Positions 31,384 through 43,846 of a DNA stretch of 64,000 bases are shown in pieces. The notes beneath the pieces were generated by a model. That model did not search any database, was not told the DNA's origin, and saw only the letters and a list, made by a program, of their open reading frames with translations. The DNA lies in the NCBI RefSeq assembly GCF_009914755.1, contig NC_060931.1. One strand, 5' to 3'. A program made the position numbers and the translations under genes. The stretch's first letter is position 1. Every line of letters starts with the position of its first letter. The DNA is from the human T2T-CHM13v2.0 reference genome, Homo sapiens.

Positions 31384-31408
31384 GGGGGTGGGGGTGGGGG
31401 TGGGGGGG
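31384..31408 (+). repeat. (GGGGGT)n G-rich repeat with G-quadruplex potential
   Basis: GGGGGTGGGGGTGGGGGTGGGGGGG: four runs of 5 or more G with single-T loops. Confidence 0.85.
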
Positions 31409-32774
31409 TCAGTAAACAAAGGTAAGAAATCTCAACTTAGAATCCCACCCAACTGTTCTCTTCTCTGTCCATCTCAACTACTTAAAGTTATTGTTAATTT
31501 TTTTTCCTATAATATCCAAAGAATAAGAAGTCCTCCTGCGCTCAGGATTATCTACTCACTATAGACATTCACACACAGTTTGGGGGAAGATGGCTTGTTA
31601 AGATAGCTTTTCTAGGGAAGTGAGAGTCAGAGGAATCTGTAGTTTTTAAGCCCACTTTTCAGCGTCCCCTCCCCTCATGAGACTCAGCAACAAGGCCTGG
31701 TTCTAATATTGCCAACATTTGTGGGTCCTAACTTCTCTCTCTGAAGTCCTGAGGGTGTCTGACTTCTGCTTCCCTGCTTTCAGATTGGTTGCACTTGCTG
31801 AGGATCATAGTCCTTAGACTATAGGATGACTTAGACTATGGGATGGCACCTTTTTGGATACCAGCTTAATCCTCCAATTCTAGAAATGCTACTTTTCCAA
31901 TTTTCCAACAATGAGACTGATAAAGTTAGCCACTGCTATGTGTCAAATGGCTTAGTGGCATCACCATTAAAATAAAGCTGCACCATAAACTATGCTAATG
32001 CTTTGGCTCATACCCAGTGGCATATGTCTACTCTCAAATTACCTATCTAATCCACAAACACTAATTGACCATCTACTATATGCCATTAAGGCAGGTAAAT
32101 TCATGTTACACCATAGGCCTAGTGCTTAGGGCTTGAACTCTTCAAAGGCCATTGACAATTTAAGAACTGAAAGAAAATACCATCGGTTCCAAATTATGAA
32201 AAGAAAATAAGCCTAAAAGGTAAAAGTAATCAGTGTCTAAGTGTCTACAACTTTTAATGTTGTTTCAACTTCATGAATTGTTAAATTTCATGTCCATTAC
32301 CATTTTATGACCAATGAAAAAATGTAATTTGGATTATTTTCCTTTGCAAGAATTTCTAAGAGTGCATTATGAAGCTAAGACTATGGAGAAGTCAGAACCA
32401 ATAATAAAATATTTGGCTCATGGCCAAGTTTCAAAAACCAAAATTACAAATATCTTTAAAATGTTATGGTAAAAATAATCTTTTAATGAGCCATAATCTG
32501 GCTACTAAAATTTAATATGCTTCAAATGATATGGAGTGGGACCGCTACAAAATATCTAAGCCCTGCAATGCCCCTAAGGCAGTTCTGTGTGCCATGCTTA
32601 GTGCTACAGAACACAAAAGAGAAAAAAACTGTGCCTGCTTTTGAGGAACTTATAGTCAAATGAGAGTCACGAGTACAGAAGCAAACACGTAAGATATAAT
32701 GGGGCAAGTCTGAAGATGCATAATCTGTCCACCCAAAAATAAATACTGTTAAACCATAATTTTGTAAGAGGTAT

Positions 32775-32836
32775 GACTTACTTAGTTTGCCCATTGTTTT
32801 AGTCAGAGAAACAAAGTCAGTATTGTATACACATAT

Positions 32837-32907
<71 letters not shown>

Positions 32908-33336
32908 GAGATTTATCATGAGGAACTGTCTCATACAATTCTGGAGGCTGAGAAGTCTCACACTCTGCTGTCAGCAAGCTGCAGACTCACCAAACCTGGT
33001 GGTGTCATTCAGTCTGACTAAGAAGGCCTGAGAACCTGAGGTGCTGATGTCCAAGGGCAGGAGGAGAAGACATGAGATGAGATGAGATGTCTTATCTCAC
33101 GCAGTGATGTAGAAGAAAAAAACCCAAATTCCTCTTTCCTCCACCTTTTGTTCTATTCAGACCCTCAAAGGATTCGGTGATGCTCACCACAGTGAGGAGA
33201 GCAATCTCCTTTACCGAGTCCATTGATTCAAATGCCAATCTCATTTGGAAATATCCTCACAGACATATCCCAAAGCCATGTTTAATCTGGGTATTCTGTG
33301 GTCCAGTTAAATGGACACAGAAAACTATCCATCACA
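32775..33336 (-). mobile_element. MLT2 (ERVL) solo LTR with an internal microsatellite
   Basis: GGAGGCTGAGAAGTCTCAC...GCAAGCTG...GAAGGCCTGAGAACC, with right terminus GGACACAGAAAACTATCCATCACA. Confidence 0.85.
32840..32903. repeat. Compound (CA)n(GA)n microsatellite
   Basis: About 15 CA units followed by about 15 GA units. Confidence 0.95.
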
Positions 33337-33804
33337 CCCATGCTGATCTCCAGGATTTCTGGAGTCTCTTTGAGGTTATCTCTTACATGATTACTTTCCA
33401 TGGAATCTCCTAAAGACCAAAAGAGGATTTATTGAGAATGGTGGATTCATAGTTCAACGTGAAATAATGCATAATACCTTAACTTGAACATAAAACCATA
33501 TTACCTAAAAAAGTAGATTCTGATATACATTTCCTTTCTCCCTAAGGAACTAATTTTGACTAAGTTTTTTTTTTTTTTTTTTTGCTAACAGAGCTTAGGA
33601 GATAGACACACCTTACCTGTATGCATACTGGGGTCCTCTTTTCTCAAGTTTTATTCATTTTTTTATGTCCTATATCATTCTTGCCCCACAATGTTCTGTC
33701 AGGAAAATTTCCCTTCTTTATGTCAGGGTCCCTATTTCTATCTAAATATTATTCTAATTCCCTGTCATATTACCCAAGGTTTCCTTCAGTAATAATAAAG
33801 TCAC

Positions 33805-33995
33805 AAACCATCTCTTAGTGAACCCTTACCATATGTGGGCCCTGTGCCACACACATCTATTTCATGCAGTTCTGATATCTTCTCAAGGTGATTATTAATA
33901 TTTCCGTTTTACAGATAAAACAAAAATAGTCTCAAAAAATTGCTAATGGCCACATAGTATATCTTGACCAAGATTCAGACCAAGGATTTTCTGGT
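33805..33995 (-). mobile_element. MIR remnant
   Basis: CTTACCATATGTGGGCCCTGTGCC...ATTATTAATATTTCCGTTTTACAGATAAA. Confidence 0.55.
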
Positions 33996-34899
33996 GTTAT
34001 ATCCCACCATATTTTTCCTAAAAGATACCCCTTCCTAAATATGTATCACTTACTTCTTATGAAATTGGCCTTCAGTATATTCTATAGGGCGCTGGTGCCA
34101 TGCAGGACTCTCCAATCATTCATGCTCTACTCAGTGTGTCTGTCTGCTGCATTTTGGCTATGATCAGGGTTCTTTCTGTTTGTGAATTTCTCTGTTAAGC
34201 TTTTAACATAGAGAGAGTTAAATAGATCTCCTCTTGGCAAGAATAGTCATTTACTTGCTGGAGTCTCAGCTGGAGACAAATTTTCTCTGACTACACAGTA
34301 TAAGGGCACTTTCTGTTTAATGCCATAACAGCAGCTCATAAGTCCTATTGTCCCATTATTTCCTTTTCAATACTAAATATATTACTGTTTAATGGAAACG
34401 AGCCAATAATACTATGAGCACAAAAGGAAGGGGCAGCAATCCATGTGGTTTCTTTGTTGTGGGGTCCTTACTACCATTTACAGATTATTCTAATTGCTTG
34501 CTAATATAATTGCTCAGAGTTTGCTTTCATTTAACAAGTCTTTATCAATTGATTTCTACAGCAGTCTGTTCCCTTTAATGTGCTCTGTAAAATGCCTGCT
34601 GCTATTTACTTAGTATTAAGGAGGGAATAGCTTGTTTCTAATCTTCATGCTCTGTCCTATGTCTGTTTTTCCTCTTTCTGTGTAAACAGCAATCTGTTTG
34701 CTGTTTACTGCAGCAGTGAAAAGTTATAATTTGTTCCCTTTAGTGGGAAGAGACACTTGCTGATTGGGATCATGATTAAATATAAATCTCTTATATGACA
34801 GAAATGTATACAATGTGTTTAGTGATTAAACATTTCTCAGAGGGTGGTCTGGTTTTTCCATCTTGTATTTAAAATCACATGCATTATACAAAGTTGAAT

Positions 34900-35375
34900 A
34901 TTAAGAAAGAAATTAGTAAATTACTTCTTAACTAATAGGTCAGAAAAGGAAAAGCAATTGGCTAATTTCAATAAAATGAGAAAAAATCTGGAAAAAGTAT
35001 ATACTCTTATTTAAAAAAGTTTTTTTAGAACTCACATGAAATTTAACATGTTGTTTCTATAACAATATTCATCTCAAATCAATAGCTGACTTAATTCTTA
35101 AGAGTATCCAATTAAAATCAGATGGAAAACAAAATACTTGTTATTATCACTGCTATCTAATTGTCCTAAGAACACTAATCCTTAAAGCCATAAGATACAA
35201 AACCAAAAGAAGAGGTATAATTTTTAGAAAGGAAAATACAAGATTATTATTATTTTCAGATGGTATAATTACTTACAAATATATACAGAAAAAAATGACC
35301 AAAAACTGTAAGAATAAGAAACTAAAATAAGATGTACCAATGCCAGATGAATACACAGTTGCCCTTCTGTCCCAT
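34900..35375 (+). mobile_element. Ancient L1M ORF2 fragment (left part of the element hosting the VAPB retrocopy)
   Basis: AAGGAAAATACAAGATTATTATTATTTTCAGATGGTATAATT is a degenerate [14 protein letters not shown] reverse-transcriptase motif. Confidence 0.6.
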
Positions 35376-35429
35376 CCTATAAGTTATCTACCCAGACAAG
35401 CCTTTTTACTGTTACTGTTACATCTTTAT

Positions 35430-37550
35430 GAAAATTGAGCTCTCAGGGGTCTCCTCACCCACCAGTGGTGCTCCTGCTAGTGGTGAACATGTGAAAATGG
35501 ATCATGTCCTGAGTGTCACTCCACAGAGTGAGCTCATATTCTGAAGTCCCTTCATCAAAGTTGTCGTCCTCATCCTAAAACTTGGAATTTTGGCAGATTG
35601 AAGTGAAGATCCTGTTACCACGTTGATGTAGAATGGTGGGTTGATGCATCTGCAAAGTTACAGCCTTTCACTTTGTATTCTAATGAGAAAAGTAGACACG
35701 TTTATGGTCCGGTTTTGCATTTGCTCCCACTGACCTTCTGATAATGAACAAATGGAAGCAATATGTCAGGAGGCAAAAGCAGAAGACATAGATCTCAAAC
35801 TTAGGTGTGTTTGATTTGCCAGCAGAAAATGACTAACCACATGATGTAGAAATATATAAAATACATCCACACCTGGGTCAAAGACAGATACACCAAAAGT
35901 ATCTAAACATCTGAGATCTTCAACTTTGGAGGATGCAGAAGTTACGAGATGGCTTAGGAGGTTGCTGAAGAAGTTCAGAGATGACTAAAGGAAAACAAAC
36001 AATCAAAAGAAGATGAGTTTCAAATGAAGAAGAAAGAGCAGGGCAACAGCTTAGCTTCTGCTATAGCCATAGCTCCTTGCTCTAGGGGTTTCCTTCTCTA
36101 TTGTTGGGTAATATTAAGGAAAATTACTTGTGTGTAGAGACAGCACGCAAAGGACAAAACTTTGTATTGAAGAAGCTGTCATATCTTGAGGTTTAAATGT
36201 ATCTTAATTATGTTTAAAAGGAATTTAATGATGCTGACATCTCATAGGACTTGCTTTTAAATTAGCCCTCTCTGTACACACATAAACACACACACATGTG
36301 TACACCAAACCTTTTAGACAGTTTAAAATGGGCAGTAAATTATTTGGGGTGGGGTTCAGAGTGGGAGGAAAATGGTCTTAATTAAATGACAAGGGGAACT
36401 ATGAATACTACTACAATAAAGGTTGCAAAGGTAATTTTGACTATTTGTGAGACTTGGCACGTACCAAGTCATTCTCCCTTGCCCATCGTTGCTTGCCTTT
36501 GGGGAGCTGGAGCCCAGAACTGTGGGGGTTGTAATCACCTCTGCTGACTAGTCCACCACATTGCTCATGGACTTCAGAGCTTTCTTTCCCTTGTCTTCAG
36601 TGCTGTTCAACCCATCAATTTCATGAGATTGATGAACAGACTCAGAAGCCCCCAAAAAATTCCACTCTGGCAACATGAGATGTGCTAACCATGAATGAAA
36701 GGCATATAGTGACTGATTTACCCAGCACAATGAAATCAGTCAATGCTTTGTTCTCTTAAAGAGGATCAAACTAATTACTGTGTGTTCACTTAGTAAAATT
36801 GAATAGTGATTCAGAAATGTGTAATGCATATTGAGTGTATTTAATATATTTTACCTCATGTTTTCTTATTGTCACAAGATTAAATGTTGAAAAACAGCCG
36901 TCAGGAAATGTTTTTCTGTGTAAAATAAACAACATCTATCATGGGAGGGACATTTTTAGTAGTAACATTATTTTTTTAATGGAGAGACTCAGCAAGAAGC
37001 TCATTCTAATAAAAATGCACACACTGCTTTTCCATGACTTCTCACCACCACTCATGCTTTCAACACACCTGCCCCCAAGTCTGTCCCTGACTTCTTGGTT
37101 TGGCCTTAGTTTGGAATCATCGAGAGCATATCATCAGGCTGCAGAATGGTTAGGAGAGAGGGCAACGAGCTTTGGGAGGGGGAAGGAAGTGGAATATGAA
37201 AAGGATTCTACAGATAATCCAGCAAGTAGTAACTGAGAGTTTGACTTTGAAATTTTTATGCCATAAAAGTCCAATCCAATCATATTTAATTATGTAGCAT
37301 TTTAAGATGAAAAAAAATGTTTAAAGAAGCTCCAAAATTGAATTCTTTTGCCATTTTGTCACATTGGCTAACTGGAGGTTATTATTACTGTTGTTGTAGT
37401 TCTCATTATTTTTCACCAGAAAGTTGATTTAAAAATAGGCATCATCTGTGATAAAGAGATATGGTTAATAATTTAATTATATTTTCATTGGTTGGTGTCA
37501 ACTGACGGTATGAAAATAACACAAAGGAAAATCTTTTTAAAAGGCAAAAT
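35430..37550 (+). pseudogene. Processed pseudogene (retrocopy) of VAPB, including 5'UTR, the whole CDS relic (35489-36137) and about 1.4 kb of 3'UTR
   Basis: Piecewise translation gives KMDHVLSVTPQSELIF*SPFIKVVVLILKLG (VAPB [33 protein letters not shown]), LQPF...NEKSRH/FMV, EAKAED..DLKLRCV/DLPAEND*PHDVEIYKI and SKTDTPKVSKHL, then a degenerate transmembrane tail ending at TAG 36135-36137. It has no introns and many stops and frameshifts. The 3' boundary rests on my recollection of the VAPB 3'UTR. Confidence 0.9.
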
Positions 37551-37619
37551 CAATAGCCTTTATATATTTTAATAATAAAAATAAGTAAATAAGTATTTTT
37601 ATTTTTATTTACATAAATA

Positions 37620-38200
37620 AAAAGTACAGTGTGGAAAATTCATTTTCAATGCCATTAAAAATAAACTACAAAGAAAATACTTAATGAACAATCTGTGAAA
37701 CTCTTATGAGGAATACTATAACACTCCACTTAGTTTTTAATAAATAGGGATGCTTATCATATTAGGAAGAATTAATACATTTAAGTTATCAACCATTTCA
37801 AAATCAATTATAGTTTTTATGAAAATCCCAATGAATAATTTTACAAGTTGGCAAAGTGTTTCTAACAGTGCTCTGAAAGAATTAAAAGCTATTATAATTA
37901 AGAAATTTTGTAAATCAGAATAATCTAGAGAGATTATTTCTATCAAATATTAAAATATATCATATAACTATTTTTAGAAGTTCTACTGGCATAGAAAACA
38001 ATGAAATACATTAAACAGCCCCCAAAGATAACTTATTATGTAATTTAATAAATGATATGGAGGTATTATAAACGACTGTGAAGCAAAAATGTGTATCATA
38101 AATGGATTTCATAAAACTAGTTAGCTATGCTGAAGTAACACTGTTTAGGTTCTTTTAATACACTATACACTAAAATAAATTACAGTGAAACTAGAGAGCT
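37620..38200 (+). mobile_element. Ancient L1M ORF2 fragment (right part, continuing after the retrocopy)
   Basis: CTCTTATGAGGAATACTATAACACT (LYEENYKT-like), then ATAGGGATGCTTATCATATTAGGAAGAATTAATAC and TACTGGCATAGAAA, in L1 ORF2 order. Confidence 0.6.
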
Positions 38201-38214
38201 AAATATTTATCCTT

Positions 38215-39830
38215 TCTTTCATTCAACATATATTTATTGAACAACTATTATGTGCCAGACTCTAGTCTTGATGCCTGGGATAAAGGATTAAATAAAGTAG
38301 AACTCTTTATCTCTCAAGATCAGTGGAGGAAAGAAAATAAACAAACAAGTAGATATAGAAATAATACCATGAGTCAGAAGAATCAAGAGGAAAATTAAAG
38401 TAGGGGAAGATGATAGAAGTTAAGGAGGATTCTGTGTTTGATGTGGGGATAGGGAGGAGTGAGAGTAAGGGAAAAGAACATTTGACCAGAGACCTTAATG
38501 AAGCCAGGGAGCAAGCCAGAAAGACATCTGGGAGAAGATCATTCTTGGTAGAGGGAATAGTAAGGGAAAAGACTTGGAATTAGGAACATGCTGGTTATGT
38601 TTGGGAGAAACAGAAACACCAGTGTGGCTAGAGCAAAGAGAGAGAGGAAGAATAAATTGGAAATGAAATTGGTAATTTGGCCAGGGACCAGCTCATGTAA
38701 AGCTTTGTATGGGATTTTAATGTTATTATAAGTATGATAAAAAGCTATTGGAGAAGGAGAGTACCTAATTCATTGGAAAAATATTACTCTGGCTTTCAAA
38801 TGGACAATAAACAATGAAGGGGAGGCATGGTGATGGCGTAAAGGAGGGAGATCATTTAGGCTAGCAAAATTCCTAGAGACAGAAACTGATGGTTTTGATC
38901 ATGTTGAGAGTGGTAAAGATTGTGCTAAATGGTCAGATTCTGAATTGTGCGAGTAGGCCAGTTGAATTTACTGATGGATTGGATGTGTACTGTGAGAGAA
39001 AGGGACATCAAGGAAAGGAGCAAAGTTTGCATCCTGAGAAATGTTGGTGCTATTTGCCAAGATATGGAATACTGGAGGAAGAGCAAGTTGGGGAATAGTT
39101 TGGGATGGTTGGGGAGGTATCAGTGGTTCTCGTTTGGGCATCTCAACTTTGTTATTCCTACTAGGACATCTAAGGGAGACAATCTATATATAAGCTGTTT
39201 TTATAAGATTCTAGAGATTAGAGGAGAGGTTGGGACTTGAGATAAAAACTACTGAACTCACCAACTTATAAATGATATTTGCAATTCATTACCTGGGGGT
39301 GAGTGTAAATAGAGAGGAGTCCAAAATATTGAGCCTCAGGGGGCTCCACAATTAATATGAGAAAGTGAATCCAGCAGAAAATCAGGAAGGAGGAGATAGC
39401 AACATACAAAGAAAACTAGGAGTCCCAGAAGCTAAATAAGGATTTTTTTTTTTTTTAATGAAGACTGGCCCATTCTTAAGTAAATGAACTCAGAGAACTG
39501 GATTTGATAATATGGAGATGATGGGTGGCCTTAACCAGAGTAGACTGAAAGCAGTAGTGTGAGTGGATTCAAAAGAGAATGGGAGGGAGATGAAAATGTG
39601 GAAAATGAACAAAGACAATTATTTTGAGTGGTTGTGTAATTAGAAGCAATAAAGTGGAATTGTGGAGAGAGTTTTAATCTTTCTTTTTTAAAGAAAGGAG
39701 TTATTACAGTAGTTATTTTGTGAGAATGGGAATGATAGAATAGAGAAGGAAAAATTAATGATACAAATGAGAGAAGAGATAATTGCAGGGGCAAAGTCTT
39801 TGAATATACTGAGGGTGTAAGGGATGCAGG
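38215..39830 (-). mobile_element. L2 remnant
   Basis: It begins with the L2 3'-end complement TTCATTCAACATATATTTATTGAACAACTATTATGTGCCAGAC, followed by a purine-rich antisense L2 body. Confidence 0.8.
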
Positions 39831-40084
39831 GCAAAAGTCGAACTATCTTAAATCTATGACAAAGGGGTATAGTTGTATAGCAAAGTTAAAATAAGGTAAA
39901 AATAGAAAAAATGTAGATAACATATATTAATATATCTAAAAAAAGTTTACCCCTTTTTAAAAAGTATATTAATGAGGAAAAAACACATTTCAGTTAAATG
40001 ATGGATAACTGGATAAATTATGATACATTCACAGTAATATTTGATAGTTTGAAGAATGGGTGCAAATATGTAATAACGAATTTA

Positions 40085-40239
40085 AAATTTTTAATTTCTT
40101 TACTTTTTCTTTATTTCACAGTGGGTATTCACAGGTGGGATTATAGCATATTACATCCCTTAACTCCTGAGCTCAAGCCATCTTCCTGCCTCAGCCTCTT
40201 GTGTAGCTGGGACTGCAGGCACACCCCACCACACTAGGC
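40085..40239 (-). mobile_element. FAM-like Alu monomer
   Basis: GTATTCACAGGTGGGATTATAGC...AACTCCTGAGCTCAAGCCATCTTCCTGCCTCAGCC...CACCACACTAGGC. Confidence 0.7.
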
Positions 40240-40907
40240 TAAAAAATTTGTTAATGTTTATTAATCATCCTAAGTTGAAAATATCTAGACTTCTGGGACA
40301 CCATTAGGAATAATGTACTAAAGCCTGGAATACGTAACAGTGGCTTTGAGGATGTTGACCTCTTACCGTTAGTTTTGTCTATTCCTGAAAAATAATTCAA
40401 AGGCGATTCTTTAAAATTAAATGGGGTTGGCTAATATTGATTATTAATGGGAGAAAGAGAAGGGAAAGGTGGGTAGAATGGGTTTCTTTGTAGTCTGACT
40501 TATTAGAGGGGAAACTCTTGGAACCAGTGAATGATTTGCATGCACAGTTTCTCGTGATCTAGGCAAAGAAGGAAAGGACAGCTAGCATGTCAATTCTATG
40601 ACGCTGCAATTTGGAAAAAGAAAGGATGATATGTTAAGATTTAACTAATATATTGTAAATTCAGATCTTTCAGCCAAATGTTTTCTCAGTAATAAAAGTG
40701 TCAATTAGGTATGTGTTTTTTTTTACACAGATTGAATTTTTGACCACTTTATTTTATTTGCTCTCTTTATTCCAGTGTAAAATTCCAGAAATGAGGGTAT
40801 ATTCCAGGTGGGTGAACTGCACAGTACTTATTGTATAGTTCTCCTTGTTTAATAAAAAGTAAACTTTTTAAAAAGGTACTGAAAGTTTTTTGTATATCAA
40901 GAAAATT

Positions 40908-41205
40908 AGCCGGGCATGGTGGCTTACGCATGTAATCCTAGCACTTTGGGAGGCCCAGTTGGACGGATCACTTGAGGTCAGGATTTCAAGACCAGCCTGG
41001 TCAACATGGTGAAACCCCATCTCTTTTAAAAATACAAATTTTAGCCAGGCATGGTGGCACATGCCTGTGATCCCAGCTACTCGGGAGGCTGAAGCAGGAG
41101 AATCATTGAACCTGGGAAGCGGAGGCTGCAGTGAGCTGAGATCATGCCACTGCACTCCAGCCTGGGCGCGACAGAGTAAGACTCTGTCAAATAAAGAAAA
41201 AGAAA
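40908..41205 (+). mobile_element. AluS (Sx/Sz-like)
   Basis: Full dimeric Alu with TSD AAGAAAATTAGCC (40899-40911 / 41206-41218), which overlaps the Alu start. Confidence 0.95.
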
Positions 41206-41380
41206 AAGAAAATTAGCCCCTTGTTTTGCCAATATTTGCTCTCACTTTCTAAGTTTGTCTTTTGACAATTTATAATTTTTTTGCTTTGCAGAGTTTCTAA
41301 GGTATCATTTTCTCAGGCTATATTCAGGTATATAAAAAATTAAAAATAACATTTTCCTTCATTTCTGAGTACTTCAATTT

Positions 41381-42397
41381 TGTTCATATTCTTGGCATTC
41401 CTCCAGCCCTTCCTCTGTTTCACGTGATAACAGGTGAACTGCATTCACTCCAGTGTAATTCCATCCATTTCAAGTTTAAACAAGGTCAACTCAGGATTTC
41501 CTCTACTCCTCTACCTCTATTTCTCCCTGGGGATACTGTAAATTCTGGGTGTTCTCTGAGGGTCATGGTGTTGGGGGAATATGATTGGTCCCTCAGCTGG
41601 GTTCTGCTCCTGTTTGCATCTGCTGAGCTGGCCATTACACCCACCGATGATTGGCCTCACTAAAATGGCTGTGTTCCCCAACCCCGTGGCAGCCACCTGC
41701 TGGTTTCCTATTGTTACAACCATCTGCTGCCATCTGCTGGTGTATGCTCTTGTTACAACCAATGAGATCTCTTCAGGTCCCATAGGTCTCTCTCAGAACT
41801 TACAGCTGTGTACTTTTCAGGGTAATTTCATCTTCTCCTCCGTTGCTCTCTGGAGCTACAGGAAATTGGTGGGATTGCCTCAGCTCTCCTACTTCATCTT
41901 CACTGGTCCCATGATGCTGTGATGCCAGTCGCAACTCCTGTGAAGGACCTTCCCTCCTGGTGTTCCAGACAAGGATGGGGTACAAGTCTCCTGTCACTCT
42001 TAGATCCCCAAACCTCCTTCTCCTACCTTTGAGAAAATTTTTATTTCCTTTTAGATAGACTAAAACTGGCTCAGAGTTATCTCCCATAATTTTTTGGTAT
42101 TTAAATTGGGCCACAGAAAGGCCAAGAACCTGACATAATTATCTTTGACTAACATGAGGTGTCTCTTCACTTTGTATCAATGAAGACTAGGTTCAGTTCT
42201 CATGCTTAAGTTAATACTGTAGAGAAGTCAAAGGGAACATAGGAAATAATCTGCCTGCTCATAATTGATATCATTATCATTCTGTACCCATGTTTACATA
42301 GTGGGATTTATCTGGCCTCCTGCTGCTGCTTCTGGTTTATGCCACAGTTATTTATTCTGAGGCCTTTTTTACCTAAAGATTTTGCAGAATTTCAACA
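41381..42397. mobile_element. Probable ancient LTR-type element (~1 kb) inserted in an L1M remnant; family not identified
   Basis: A GC-richer block bounded by TGT...ACA with AATTT/TATTT flanks. L1M antisense sequence lies on both sides (41220-41380 and 42400-42510). Confidence 0.4.
41688..41740 (-). promoter_or_regulatory. Two tandem candidate CTCF motifs (reverse orientation)
   Basis: The minus strand reads CCAGCAGATGGCAGCAG (41724-41740) and CCAGCAGGTGGCTGCC (41688-41703). Confidence 0.5.
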
Positions 42398-42624
42398 TAT
42401 TTTCTTCTAGTACTTTTATAGACTCAATATTTTAAACATTTAAATCTTTGACTAGCATGGTATTTATGTTGCAGTGAGATGGGAATGCAGCTTATTAATT
42501 TCTCAAAATGACACAGCTACATAGCAGTTTGGATTTCTTGGAGGAAGATTAAGCCTGAAGAACTACTCAGAGATGCCGAAAATATTCATTAATTTTATGA
42601 CTGGACCTATGAACCTGTCTTTAG

Positions 42625-42995
42625 AGACAGAGAATTTGCTCTCGACTTTGACTGCCTATCAGAACACCTGGGAGCTTTAAAAAAAATATTGATAACTGGT
42701 TCTCAACTCCTCCTGTAATTGCTCTGGGGCATGTCATGATTACAAAAATCTTCCTGGATGATTCCAGTACACAATCAAGGTTGAAAACTTGCCCATGCAC
42801 AGTCAAGATTGTTTTTAGGGCAAAAGAGAGCGTGAGTGAGACCCATGTGATACCTATTTTCCCATGGAGTAATGTGGAGTGTGCATCCCAACACCCACAG
42901 GTCTTGTTGAAACCCAGCTTGCTGGACCCCTCTCTCAGGGTTACTGATTCCCTAGGTCTGATGTCATGCCTAAGAAATTTATTTATTTGATCCTT
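42625..42995. mobile_element. MER5-type MITE fragments
   Basis: ATCAGAACACCTGGGAGCTTTAAAAAA...GATGATTCCAGTACACAATCAAGGTTGAAAACT and CTTGTTGAAACCCAGCTTGCTGGACCCC. Confidence 0.6.
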
Positions 42996-43846
42996 TTATT
43001 TGGACAGAAATTATCAGCAGTCACATTTATACTGGTACCTATCATTTCCCCATTGGAATTTTAAAAGATTGTAAATGAAAACAATTCTATATGCAGAACT
43101 TATTTATGTATACTCATTCTTGTTTAAGAGATGATTTAAGGGGAAATAAAATAAAATATAAAAAGGAAAGGTGAGAAAATTTGAACATATGTAAAATAAT
43201 ACTTGAAAAGATAAAATCAAAAGGATAATATACATATATACATAAGCTGATGTTGGACCATACATTTGGCTAAGTTTTCTAGCAGTGAACATTAAGCAGA
43301 GAAAGAAAATCACTGTAAGATTTATAATGTGCCCTTGATAAAACTAAGCCAGTAGCTTCAGATAAAAATGCTTACTTTGTCCTGGCATTAGAGGAAAATC
43401 TTCTCTGTGTTCTTATAAATATGATTCTATACAACATTGGGAATAAAATCTTCCCTTATCTTTATCATTACAATGATCCTAGAAATTCTACTGATTAAAG
43501 TTGACAAAATTGACAAATGTCAATGAGTGACATTAATATAATAGGTCATTTGGTCACTAGGTAATTTCAAGTTTTCACTTGTAAATGAGGGTGTATTTAC
43601 ATAGGTAGTTCCTTAGTCCTCAGTGTGAAACATTGCTGTTCACACCAAAATACAGTAGAAGGAATTATACAAAGTGCAAATATAATACTGTTCACTCGTG
43701 ATATCCTCAATACGCTTAGCCTGAGTCAAATAATCTAGTAACTTTAACTTATTCCGGGTCTTGGTTTTGGCCTTAAGGAGTGAGAGGTCACAGACTTTTT
43801 TAAGGATCTGCTGATCACTAAGCTTCTTCTTCTCAGCAGATAATAT

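Noticed and set aside
32085-32580. Possible hAT-Tip100-type DNA transposon remnant
   Set aside because: Only vague resemblance at the ends; TIRs and TSD could not be defined.
41424-42114. Overlapping ORFs on both strands (79-113 aa)
   Set aside because: Explained by locally higher GC content in a probable old LTR; no protein family recognised.
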